Source of the DNA: Isurus oxyrinchus
Taxonomy: Eukaryota
Direction: 5' to 3'
Length of the DNA: 64,000 bases
Assembly: GCA_026770705.1 (NCBI GenBank)
Contig: JANJGN010000009.1
Span: 164,424,001 to 164,488,000 of the forward strand
The notes below the pieces were generated by a model. It made no database searches. It saw only the letters and a list, made by a program, of their open reading frames with translations, and was not told the origin of the DNA. Position 1 is the first letter of the stretch. Each line of letters opens with the position of its first letter. Of this stretch, positions 1 to 11,844 are shown one piece after another. A program made the translations under genes and the position numbers.

Positions 1-349
1 ATTTTTTTTAGGCTTATAACAGCAAGTTCAATGACATAGCACCTTGAACTTAGCAAAACGATCCAAGGTGCTTGACATATAGTTCCCTCAGCAAACTGCA
101 TAGAGAAATGGAAAATCTAAAACACATTTGTCTCTCAAAGGCAAACTGTGTCAGATATTATTCTTGAGAACAGAACCATATTTGGAGAATAAAAACTTCT
201 ATTTTTAGTTCAGCAAAAATGAATAACACCAGAAGAGAGTAATTGCTTGGAGTGTTTCTTCATATTGCTTCATACACAGACTCTGAAGCTCACGTAATTG
301 AATTTTTTTAAGCAATTTGCACTCTGACTTGAGTTCACCAGGAATTATT

Positions 350-848
350 TGTGACACTGGGTGGCTGTCCTCCTCTGCAGGACGTTCGCACTGACCACCG
401 CCGCCACCCGCCTCCCAAAGCCGGGTTGGTGACTTGGCTGCCCACCGTGCGGTCAGAGTTGGGGGAACGGCATATCCCAGCGGGCCTCCACAGCATCCAG
501 CAGTCGCTCGAGGGACCTGTCGTTGAAGCGGGGGCAGGGGTGGGGGTGGGGGTGGGGGGGGTGGGGGTTGGTGGGGGGGGTTGGGGGGGTGGGGGGTGGG
601 GCTGCAGTCCTTTTTCCTTTGCTGGCCATGTCTCCCGGGCGTCTTGCTAGCAGCTGCCTTTCAAAGACAGCAGCCAACGTGATGCAACAGCGGGGCAGAC
701 AAATGAGAGCCCGCTCGCCATGGAAACAGCGTGAATAAATAATGAGGCAGGCTCAGGATGAAAGAGCGTGAAAACCCGGCATCTTTGTCAGCGGGTAGGA
801 CTCCATTTTATCCGCCCGCTACTGCACTTAGACCCAATAGACCTGCCC
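350..848 (-). mobile_element. Harbinger-derived fragment (Myb-like gene start) with a G-rich tract
   Basis: ORF 453..677 contains PRFNDRSLERLLDAVEAR, similar to the Myb N-terminus at ~17940-18000. Ends in a TIR-like ..acctgccc. Confidence 0.6.
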
Positions 849-1889
849 TGTGATTTACAGCCAGCAAGCTCGTTTTGGGGCTTTCTTCATAAGATTTCTC
901 TAAAATTGAATAAATTCCTTAAGATTTTGTAAGGATTTCTTACAACACAGCATTTCCCATTGCTATCATTCATGAAAGGAGCACCAGTTTTCCTGTCATC
1001 TCTACCTCAGATGTGCCTATACAGGGTAGGCCCACAGCCTGGCTCTGGCTGTTTTCTGGTTCCTGCAAAGTCCCTGGAGGAGGGAGTTGGTATTTTAGCA
1101 GCTCAATTATTGGTTACGTTAAATATTAGTGCAACAGGTTTAAAGGGACACTGCAATGTCAAATATCGTGTCCACACCAAAATTTACTCAGTGTCCATCC
1201 AAAGCAGAGGATGCATGAATAATATTCGAATAAGCAAGTATGTAAGATATTTTGATGTCAGCATTTTACAATGTGCACTTTAACAGCATTTTGTTACCAG
1301 CGGGAGGATGCCAGAGTGTTGCTATAGTTCCTAACGCTCACTCACAGAGAAATATTGGCGACAGGACAACTGCCTGTGCTCTTTTACAATGAAATCCAGT
1401 GCGAATGAATTTTCACGAGCACCATCTCGATCATATCAGTGCAAACTAATTATCTGATGGGATAGCTTTAGATTCAACATTGCCATGTGGTAAGGTTCAA
1501 TGAATAGGGTTATCAGCAAAAACAAGAGTGCACAAAATTGGAGGTAGCCTTTTGACTCTGGCTGAGAATTGATTAGGGGACAGAGGACAGAGAGTGGGGG
1601 ACACAGTATAGTTACTAAGATTGGCAGCATGTGTCAAGCGATGTCCACCAGTGACCTGTGCTGCAGCCACAACTTTAACAATTCATTATTAATTACTATT
1701 AATGTCTCGAATGAAAAGACAGGGATTGGTATAATCAAATTCCTGAATGCCAGAAAGTTAGGAGTGAATTTTTGCTTTGATTATCTTGCATGGGCGATCT
1801 GAGCTCACAGCTGCACACGCGCAGTAACTTAAAGAGCCGGCTTCTGCGTGGGCCTGCGTGGAGACTTCCATGTTGCTGCTCAGCTGCAC

Positions 1890-3720
1890 AGCCTGGAGAG
1901 AGCATTGGTAAATGGTGCAGATGGGAACAGAAGAGGCATAGATGGGTTGTTAGGGGGCAAAACCGTGGCGAATGAAATTCGATTTGGGCAAATGTGATCT
2001 TATCTACTTTGACACCGAGAAGGATAAATCACAGTAGTCACGATGGTTAGAAACAAAGCAAAGTGGTTTGGGAATCCAAGTGAGCAAATCATTAAAAGCT
2101 AGAATACAGGTACAAAGAGAAATCAAAAAGGTAAATGGAATAGCATCATAGAAAGTTTAGGGCACAGAAAGAGGCCATTTGGCCCATCATGTCTGCACTG
2201 GCTGAAAAATGAGCCACCCGACTTAATCCCACTTTCCAGCATTTGGTCTGCAGCCCTGCAGGTTATGGCACTTCAGGCGTATGTCTAAACACCTTTTAAA
2301 TGAGTTGAGGGTTTTTGACTCTACTACCCTTTCAAGCAGTGAGTTCCAGACTCCACAACTGTCTGGGTGATAAATGCTTCCTCATCTCTCCTCTATTTTT
2401 CCTACCTTTCATTTTAAATCTGTGCCCCCTAGTCACTGACCTCTCTGCTAAAGTATATGGGCTCTTCCCATCCATTCTATCTAGACCCCTCACAATTTTG
2501 TACATCTCCATCAAATCTCCTCTCAGCCTCCTCTCTTCCAAGGAACAGTCTATCCAATCTTTCCTCATAACTGCAATTTCCCAGTCCTGGCAACATCCTC
2601 GTCAATCTCCTCTGTACCCTCACTAATGCAATTACATCCTTTTGATAATGAGGTGCCCAGAACTGCACACAGTGCTCAAGTTGTGGCCTAACTAATGTTT
2701 TATATCATCCCAGTATAACCACCCTGCTCATTTTTCTATGCCTCGGCTAATAAAGGAAAGGATTCCATATGCCTTCTTAACTACCTTATCAGCCTGTCTT
2801 GTTCAGGAATCTGTGGATATTCACTCCATGGTTTCTCACTTCCTCTACACCTTTCAGTATCCTCCCATTTGTTGTGTAATCCTTGGCCTCATTTGACCTC
2901 CCCAAATGCAACACCTCACACTTCTCTGGGTTGAATTCCATTGGCCACTTTTCTGCCCACCTGACCAATCCATTGATATCTTCCTGCAGTCTCCAGCAAT
3001 CCTCCTCTCTTATCAACCACGTGACCAAGTTTTGTGTCATTTGCAAACATTTTCATCATTCCTCCCTACATTTATATCCAAACCATGAAGATAGGCCACA
3101 AAAAGCAGGGGACCTAGTACTGAGCCCTTCGTAACCCCACTGGAAACAGCCTTCCAGTCACAAAAATACCTTTCAACCATTACCCTTTGATGATGATGAT
3201 CTTTATCTCAAGGGTAGATTGATTGCAAAGGAGAGGAAGTTGTGGTTCAGTAACATAACACTATAAGGTTTGACACCACCTGATATTTAGAGCTCCACAT
3301 CTCAGGACGAACACATTAGCCCTGGAGGGGTTGCAGCACAGATTCACCAGAGTGATATCAGAGCTTAGAGGGTTACATTATTAGAACAGGTTGCATAAAC
3401 TTCTCTTGGATTCCAGGGAGTTTTGGAGGTTGAAAGTTTATCTGATGGAGATTTTTACAATGTTTAAATGATTTGATCGGGTTGATATAGAGAAATTGTT
3501 TCCTCTAGAGGGGGTTTGAAGAACAAGGGGGACATCATCTTAAAATAAGAGATCATCCATTCAGGAGTGAAATCAGGAGGCAACTTTTCACAGAAAAGAT
3601 AATAGATATTTTGGCCCCTTCCACAAATTGCTGTGGATACTGGATAGGTGAGAATTTCAAGACTGAGCAATAGATTTATAGTAGTTAAGGATATCAAGGA
3701 ATGTGGCACTAAGGAGAATA
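1890..3720 (+). mobile_element. Older, decayed CR1 split by the minus-strand CR1
   Basis: CR1-like sequence runs to ..aaaaggtaaatggaat (~2140) and resumes at ..ctttatctcaaggg (~3200), continuing through gattcaccag..atcaggaggcaacttttcacag. Confidence 0.6.
2146..3188 (-). mobile_element. CR1 LINE 3' fragment
   Basis: Minus-strand ORFs WAEKWPMEFNPEKCEVLHLG, QFWAPHYQKDVIAL and LEERRLRGDLMEMYKI, frameshifted. Confidence 0.9.
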
Positions 3721-4210
3721 AAAGATCTCCACCTGTTCCCAAAGTTCCGATGTGCATATGATCCAAAAAAAAAACAGCTTGTTCTTCAGTGAAATAAAAT
3801 ATCTGGGTTTAGAAATGGAAATGAATGATTTTTATAAGCAAGGTTTTAACATTTTCTTAATAGCAGTGATCAGTGTAAATAAGGAATATAAATTTTTTAT
3901 GACATCAGGAATTTTATTTGAATGCTCTGATTGTGGAAAATCTGACCCCACAACCAACTCACAACAGATAATCACAGGCCTGCATATTGGGAAAACTGGG
4001 TGCAAAAACTGTGCATACGCAGTGATTTCAATAACAGTGTTGGTCAAAATGAGACTCAGAACAAGGAATTTGATATTATACATGGAATCGGATCTGTAAC
4101 TGCAAAGGAGATTGTTGTAACAATGGAACAGGAGTGTTTATTTGATTAAATGCTGTTTTTGTGATCCTGGTAGAGCTATTAATAATCTTTCATTATTAAT
4201 AACCCGACAA

Positions 4211-4540
4211 GTTTATGTCAATTAATTGGACCCAAGAAGGTTCATGGAGAATTAGGAGGATTGGTCACTGTGAACTGTCAGTATGACCTGAAGTACAAGT
4301 ATCATGTTAAAAGATGGTGTAAAGGTAATTATTCCATCATTTATGGATGTTCTGCTGTGGTTTCTACTGAAAAACCAGAAAAAGGAAGAGTATCACTGGC
4401 TGATAACAAAACACAAGGAATATTTTCAGTAACCGTGGATCACCTAACGAAGAGTGATGAATGACAATACTGGTGTATGATAGAAACATCAATATTTAAA
4501 TTGGGTGAAAAGACTTCTATTGAATTAGAAGTTTCGGAAG
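4211..4540 (+). pseudogene. Gene A Ig V exon (disabled)
   Basis: Colinear with 22534-22863 (41 differences in 330 nt by hand count). Acceptor cag is changed to caa at 4208-4210, and GGA to TGA gives an in-frame stop at 4462-4464 just before QYWC. Confidence 0.92.
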
Positions 4541-4558
4541 GTAAGATAACGTATGTCC

Positions 4559-5092
4559 GGGCAGAATTTTCACTTCAGCATGCAGGGGCGGGACCAGCAC
4601 GCCGATGCATAAAATGACGCGCAGTGATGTCGGGCGTGCATCCTGATGTCACTGCGTGTCATTCCAATCTTCCGTTCGGTGATAAGGCCATTAATAAACC
4701 AATTGAACTAATTGACAGGGACGCCCGGAACGTTAAGGTTGGCCGGCAGGCGAAGAGCCCAAGTGGCCTTCAGGTTCTTCGTGAAACCTCATCCATGGGG
4801 GTGAAATGAGGTTTCATGAAGGTTTTATTAAACTAATAAAGATTTTTTACACATTTCATAAACATGCCCCATCTCATCTAACACTGTCCCATGAGGGTAC
4901 ATGTCTAAATAATTTCAATGGTTCTTTACTTTAAAGTTTCAAATTGAACTTAATCTCCCTGAAGCAGCGCCGTGCCTCTGGGAGATTTCTGCGCTCTTTC
5001 ATGGCGCACAGCGGATCACGGGCGGTGATAGGCTCCATGCCCATCCGAGCCCACTCCCAACCAGCCCGCCTGACAGGCAGAAGACTCTACCC
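4559..5092. mobile_element. Harbinger-type MITE
   Basis: Ends GGGCAGAATTTT and AAGACTCTACCC (9/12 inverted match) with 3-bp flanks tcc/tct. Host sequence on both sides is colinear with uninterrupted 22864-22935. A related copy lies at ~48488-48960. Confidence 0.75.
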
Positions 5093-5299
5093 TCTACATA
5101 GTCTATTCTACTCAGGTTTAAACACTGAAACCAGAAGTACGCCGGCTCTGATTGTGACGCGGTACCAAATACTGGGGTTATCGCAGGGGTGGACATCCAT
5201 TTACTGGGGTGTCAACACTGGATTTCCAAAGCAAGATCTTTTCACTCCTTCAGGAAGAGGGAAGAGAAACCGACTGGGAGAACATGTCCCTGCTGAGAG

Positions 5300-6380
5300 A
5301 ATTTAACTAGCAGTTGTTGTGTTTGCAGCCAGAAATTTCTCAAGGGCCGTTTAGCTGAGAAGTAATGGGGGGGAGTTTTAACAGTTAATGGAGGTGGACT
5401 TGAGTGCACGTGGGGAGTTAAATCCCCCAAAAAGCCACGGAAAGTAGGGATCTTGACATCATTCTCCGCACTTCCATGTTTCACCCGGGCAGGTTTGATA
5501 GTGAATGGGAAACCCTTGTGCAGCTGTCAAAGGTGCTATTTAAATATTGAAGTAGGCAGTTAAGTTCTGGTTTCATCAAGGATTCTGGTTTAAACTGACA
5601 GTGGACCACATTCTCAAGCTGTGTGGAGATCACTAGTATCACTGAGGCAAGTGCACAATGCTTCTTCAGTGAAACTGACAGGCTGAGAAGTCTTTAACTA
5701 TGAAAATCAAGAGCTCCACCCTCTCAGAGTGCTGTCACTGCTTATCAAGTGATTGTTGACTTCTGAGAAGTCACTTCACTGGTCGAACTCTTCACTCACC
5801 TCCAACCTTCATTATGGCATGAGGGCAGCTTATGCAGCTCTAACTTCCACCCCTGATGAGGAGCAGGAGAGGCAACAATGCCAGCAATGGCACCAGGAGC
5901 TATGGCAGGAGCAACATTCTCAGCAGCACCAGCTGCCTTTTCACCCACAAGGCAATGGGGATGGGCACAGAGTTCCAACCCCAAGGAGATGAGAACCCAA
6001 CACAGAGCCTACAGGCAGGGAATCAGCTCTCTTGACATGTGTGAGTACCAGTGTCTCAGGAGGTTCAGGCTATCATGGTATTGTTGTTGCTGACGTCTGC
6101 AGCCTCCTGGAACAAGACCTCATTCACAGCGACCCTGAGGTGGGTCATATTGTCTGAGGCCATCAATGGGGTTGTCACTGGAAGACAAACTCTTTCCTCT
6201 CAACCACAACCCATCAACTCCCCTCCCCCCACCCTACCCCACCCAGACCTCTATCTCTCCCTGAGGTTCTGTGCTCCTATCTCCGGCAAGGCAAGAAAGT
6301 ACAGATTTGAGAGTTAGAAATGGCTTGTGTGAATAAGAACAAAGGACAACAGTTGTGAAGGGTGACTGTGTGCCACAATT
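5300..6380 (+). mobile_element. Non-autonomous Harbinger remnant (transposase 5' portion)
   Basis: RTQHRAYRQGISSLDMCEYQCLRRFRLS resembles the transposase N-terminus at ~20700-20800; homologous to 11845-13130. Confidence 0.55.
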
Positions 6381-6567
6381 TAACCCTGCTAATTCATTCT
6401 AGCTTCTCCCCTTTAAAATAGAAATGATCAATTGAAATAAGTGACTCCAAAAGCAAAAAGGGGGAATTTTTCATTTCGAAAAATGATTTAAGAGACACAA
6501 TTAAGAGAGTAGAGAGTACACAGGAGTTGCTTTTCACAATAATGTTCAACAGTTTCCTCTATTATAG

Positions 6568-6671
6568 GCCACAATAGAGTTGAACAATAGGCCCAACTGC
6601 CAGAAGAACAGGAAATACTGAGGCATTTTTTTTACACTGCTCACCACTTCTCCTGTCAGAGCCATTCACAC
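6568..6671 (+). pseudogene. Gene A stalk exon remnant
   Basis: Aligns with 24253-24358 (GGCCCAAC..CAGGAAATACT..CTCACCACTTCT). Carries an indel, TAG/TGA stops, and the donor gtaagt is changed to ataaat. Confidence 0.75.
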
Positions 6672-7119
6672 ATAAATCCTTGTCAAGGTGAAAAATATAC
6701 TTGGTTCTTTAATACATGTAAGTGAGGAATGATAGCTCACAGAACATTTTTCCAGGCTAACTTATGAGATTAAGGTTAACTACATTACAATGCTTCACTG
6801 TTCTAAGGGGCGCTGAGGTAGTCAGTTCAAAGTACAGCCAGTCTAATTTCTTCTGGCCAGGTCACTTTTTTAGTCAAGCCAGATTTCAAGGACTCTTGAA
6901 AGATGCCTTCCAATGTTCCCCATTTACGAAATAGTTAACTAAATAAAGACAGCAGCATTATATCCTGGCCATTGTTTTGGTCAAGACTTTACCATGAGTG
7001 CTAACACTTCTGTTAAGGTAGAAGGATCTTTGTTAGTTATAACAAAACTGAAACTTTCTGGCTGGTGGACTGATGCTTCTATTAAAATTAGTCATTTTGA
7101 AATGTAAAACATTACTTTT

Positions 7120-7968
7120 TTTATTCATTCATGGGATGAATTTATTCATTCATGGCCGCTGGTTAGGCCAGCATTTATTGCCCATTCCTAATTGCCCTTG
7201 AAAAGGTGGTGGTGAGCTGCCTTCTTGAACTGCTATAGACCATGCGGTGTAGGTAAACCCATAGTGCCATAAGGGAGGGAGGTCCAGGATTTGACCCAGC
7301 AACAGTGAAGGAACAGCAATATATTTCCAAGTCAGGATGGTGTGTGGCTTGGAGGGAAACTTCCAGGAGGCGGTGTTCCCTTGCATCTGCTGCCCTTGTC
7401 CTTCTAGAAAGTAGTGGTCATGGGTTTGTAAGATGCTGTCTAAGGAGCCTTGCTGAGTTCCTGCAGTGCATCTTGTAGATGGTACACACTGCTGCACTTG
7501 TTCGTTGGTGGTGGAGGGAGTGAATGTTTGTGAATGGGGTGCCAATCAAGTGGACTGCTTCATCTTGGAAAGTGGCAAGTTGCTTGACTGTTTTTGGAAC
7601 TGCACTCATCCAGGGAAGTGAAGAGTATCCCATCATGTTCCTGATTTGTGCCTTGTAGATGGTGAACATGCTTTAAGGGAGTCAGGAGCTGAGTTAGTCA
7701 CCACAGCATTCCTAGCCTCTGACATGTTCTTGTAGTCACAGTATTTATATGGCTAGTCCAGTTCAGTTTCTGGTCAATGGTAACACCAAGGGTCAATAGT
7801 GGGGGATTCAGCAAGGGTACAGGCCATTAGTGTCATGGGGTGTTGGTTAGATTGTCACTTGTTGGAGATGGTCATTGCCTGGCACTTGTGTGGCACAAAT
7901 GTTACTTGCCACTTGTCAGCCCAAGCCTGGATATTGTCCAGATCTTGCTGCATTTGGATATGGACTGC
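7120..7968 (-). mobile_element. L2/CR1-clade LINE 3' fragment (abundant family in this window)
   Basis: Minus-strand [39 protein letters not shown]; 3' end ..caagggcaattagg.atgggcaataaatgctggcc. Confidence 0.8.
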
Positions 7969-8302
7969 GTTGGTTAACATTTACTAATTCAGTTCTCTTT
8001 CATACCGTGTACTTTACTTGTGGGTTTCATCCTGGCTACTTGTGTTCTGCTAAAGCGCATGGAGGTGTTTGCAGTATACAAACCTGATTTTACCAGTGTC
8101 CATGGGCAAGCCCCAGACCACCTTGATCGGACATATCTTGGAAAATCACCCATTCTCACACAAATCTCAGTGCATTCCATATGACATCATACAATTCCTT
8201 GGGAGGCTGAAAAGTTACTGCATGAATGTGTTTTAAATTACATTCTCAACATGAGTATAAGCACTTTTAAACTGTATTAATTATGGTTTCTTGTTTAATC
8301 AG

Positions 8303-8407
8303 AGAAGATGAGCTGAAGAGTTACAGTTTATGGGCTGCACTCCGTTGGCCGTTCTTTGGTGCTCTGGTTGTTTGTACTCTCTCGGTCACATTTTGCAAAA
8401 GACCCAG
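8303..8407 (+). pseudogene. Gene A transmembrane exon with intramembrane Arg (activating-type)
   Basis: ttgtttaatcag|A..CCCAG|gtataa; starts in phase 2 like the gene B and C TM exons; EDELKSYSLWAALRWPFFGALVVCTLSVTFCKRP, open frame. Confidence 0.7.
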
Positions 8408-10805
8408 GTATAATATTTTAAAACTTCCGATTCTAATATTCAAAATGATTTCATTCAGTTGAAAAGTTCAAGCACAACGAAAATTTGCCTAAAAAAAAAT
8501 GGTAAATAATCCAAGAGAAAATACCCGCCGCTCATAAACTCCTCGCGAGAGAAGCATTGTCCCATTCCAATGTTACAACAACGGCTTTTGGGGTAAATTT
8601 TGTGCTTATCAACTGCAGTTTGTGTGGTTTCAAATGGAAATCCAAGAAAGGAATCCTCGCATGCAACTGTTATTGACTGATTGCAGAACATAACTGCCTG
8701 GAGTCAAGGGTTGAATTTTATGGCCCCCGGAAAGTGAAAGGGAGGTGAGGGTCCGGTAAGATCCTGGAGACCAGGGTCAGGTCGAATCCCCATTGCAATC
8801 TCACCATCAGGGCAATTTACTGACCTTGGGAGTGGAAGTAGGCAAGTTACCTGCCCCACAGAGGCAGGCAGCCAGTTTACATACGCAAAGGCCCCTATTA
8901 AGGTCCATTGAATTGTGCAATCTTTGCTGACAATGGGGCTACTCCCCAACACTTGGGAGGCCGCCAGCTAAATGGAGTTAGCCTTCCACTGACAGCCCAG
9001 GTGAGGGGGAGGGGGGGTCTGGTATAGGCAGCAAAGAGAGGGTCATAGGGAAGGCAGCCCCTGGGGCCCTAGGAACCCTCCTGGAGGGATTTTCCCTCTA
9101 GCATGCCACTCTTTGATTAGCTTTTCTTGTCCTAATGCTGTAGACCTCACACCTCCTTCCTGCCTCAGCTGTGAACAACACTCCCGGTGGCACTTCAGAG
9201 CTGCTGGCTCTCTGGCTGAGTCTACAGCTCCTGCAGGCAGGCGGCTGGTCATCTATAATAGGATGACAGCCCCGAAGCAAAGTTCAGGTAGAAGTCCCGC
9301 TGCACACCCATGCCTGCTGGTGACTAGCATTTCCTCCCACTGTTGGGACCTTCTCGCTGATGGTAAAAACCTGCCTTATGTGATTGCTTGACCCAGTTAT
9401 CAGACAGGGGAGTGAAGCATGAGGCCGTGTGTGGCAAAAGACAATCTAGTAATCTGTCTTTTAATTGTCACCGGAATATTTGTGTTAACGGTCCACCTTT
9501 GATGCTCGTGCTTTTAACTGTTACACCTTAACTTTAGAATTCCCTCCCTAAAACTCTCCACCTCTCTCTCTCTCTCTCTGTTCTCCTTTAACACAGTCCT
9601 TAAAGGCTACCTCTTTGCTCAACTTTTGTTCACCTGTCCAGATATCTCCTTGTGTGGTTTCAGTGTTCTTGCTCACCAATTTCAAATCTACAGTGTTTAT
9701 CACCTATTCCCAAAGACAATTTCCAAGTTCTAATGAGGATGGCATCTTGTAACAATATGCTAATACCTAAATTAATAAACTTTGATAATTGTAATTAGAG
9801 AAAAGTGCAGTACAAATATTGATGTAGATATTTTGTTATGGACAGAATTAATGTTTTCCCTTTACTGCCTGTGATCGGTATGCATTGTATGAAAGTGGTA
9901 TGTGTTCTCACTCGCTCATTTCACACACACCCGTACATGCACAAAGATTAGATACAAATGATGGTAATATACTGTTACAGCTGGTAATTATCTCAGTCTC
10001 TTTCAAGGCAGGCCTGTGTTTCTTAGAAGAAGTCAATGGTTAAGATGAAATGAAGATCTTTTAAAGCAAAGGCTTTCTTTAACAGGCTGTGTGGTTTCTT
10101 GTGGTTGAATCCCTAGAAGATTTGGCAGGGCTCCTTCTCCCTGTTATTAAGATCTCACACTCTCAAGGTATTGCTGGTTATTACCTCGGCTGCATGGATG
10201 ACTTGCTGTTACTTCGATGGCTTTCTGATGAAACTCTGGCTGCAAGAAATCTCTGCTGATTTAGAAGCGGACTACCAAAATAGTTCCTGCATGATGTGAC
10301 TTCCACAAGTTCAAAGTCAAACTGCTTTTTTGCAAACAAAGGAAGATGGGTCTGTTGATTCCAATCTTCCTGGGTTGTCTTTTGACACCATGAGATTCAA
10401 TCAGCCCGCTTTGGATGAGGGACACCATCAAAAGATACTGGAATCTCGGTAGGATCCACTCGCGTTTGTCACACAAACGTTGAGTTTCAATACCCCCTTT
10501 TGTCCAGAATGAAATAGGGAGTCAGGTCAGCTGGAGTTCTATAGTCCTTCTGTGTCGATTTATCATTAAACAAAGGGAGGTGTGAATACCCTGAATGTGT
10601 GATTCTGTGTGAATGTCCATATCTAATTAGGTATTTACTTGAGACTCAGGGCCGTCTGCGGCTCATCATGTCAAAGGTCAAATGAATTGCAGCGGCTATT
10701 TTAATAGAGCGCGTGTGTCCAATTCTTAAAAGTTTTCGCTGACAGTTCATAATATACTGGAACATGACATTACACTTCATCTGTGGGAACAACAAGGAAA
10801 ATTTC

Positions 10806-10912
10806 CATCAAGTTCTGTCGAAGGGTCATGAGGACTCGAAACGTCAACTCTTTTCTTCTCCGCCGATGCTGCCAGACCTGCTGAGTTTTTCCAGGTAATT
10901 CTGTTTTTGTTT
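10806..10912 (+). repeat. Short PLE pLTR unit, 11-bp TSD
   Basis: Near-identical to 38571-38680. AGGAAAATTTC at 10795-10805 and 10913-10923. Confidence 0.8.
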
Positions 10913-11844
10913 AGGAAAATTTCTGGTTTTGTGAAACTGTGCCCGACCATCTCGGGCTTTTCCATCAATTAATTTCTGTGGTGCCCTACAAGGGGCAGAA
11001 TCTCTGCCAATCACACCCGAGGCCTAGAAATGGGCAGGAAGTTCAAAAGCACCAAAGAGGGAACTGGTCTAACATCAGACCACTAACTAGGATAACAAGC
11101 CTTGTGGTATAGGCTTAGACTGATTTTCTTATCTAAAATGAGTGCCATGTTCAAAGGCAGACCTGCAATTGGGGATGGGAGGGGGCACCAACACTGCTCC
11201 TGGATCAAGCACAGTGTGTTGCATTGTACAGCCCGGCACCCAAGATGTGCCCCAATGCCATGGGTACCACATGCAAAACCTAACCCCAGGAAAGTTGAAC
11301 AATATCAGAATAAGAGGTTACGCTATGCGAATCTTGCCACTTAGTCCAGGATATCCGCTCCCACCCTCTCACCTGCACATTTTTGGCCAGTATCTCTGAA
11401 AGTGAAACACCTTTGAAAGAAGGTCAACTCATTCATTTTTTACAGTTCAATTGCTTAAATTTATTCCTTATTCAGTTATCCAGGCCAGCAAATGATGGGT
11501 TAGATGGAAACATCAGCTACAAGATGCCAATGGATCAGAAGTCCAGTCAAAGGCTGGACAGAAGATTGGCTAAATCCTCCATGAGTATCCAGAATATTTT
11601 CACTTGCTTTTAGAAGTTAATTTTGCATATTGTATTTTATATCTTATTACAATTTGAAATGCTTTGTAAAGTTCCCAGAAATTGTGTGAACCACTTAAGA
11701 TGATAAACTTTGTTGATATTATATTAAGGAGCATTTTTTTCTGCAACGGACACAGATGGTTCACAAAAATAATTGACCCCTTGTAACCAGCAGTAACTAG
11801 TTAAAAAAATGTCATGTTAGTATTTTGAAAAATAAGAAAGTAAT

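Larger units (their letters stand above)
4211..8407 (+). pseudogene. Gene A: disabled CD300-like receptor, paralog of gene B, with an activating-type TM exon
   Basis: Ig exon 4211-4540, stalk remnant 6568-6671 and TM exon 8303-8407. Intron 1 homology to gene B begins at position 1 (1-130 matches 17640-17770), so the leader should lie just upstream of the window. Confidence 0.8.

Noticed and set aside
9834-10769. Solo LTR (TGTTATG..CATGACA)
   Set aside because: The termini are suggestive, but there is no matching TSD or second copy, so the call is unsupported.
11476-11613. Possible terminal exon of gene A
   Set aside because: Two alternative AG acceptors give different frames, with no motif or homology to decide between them.
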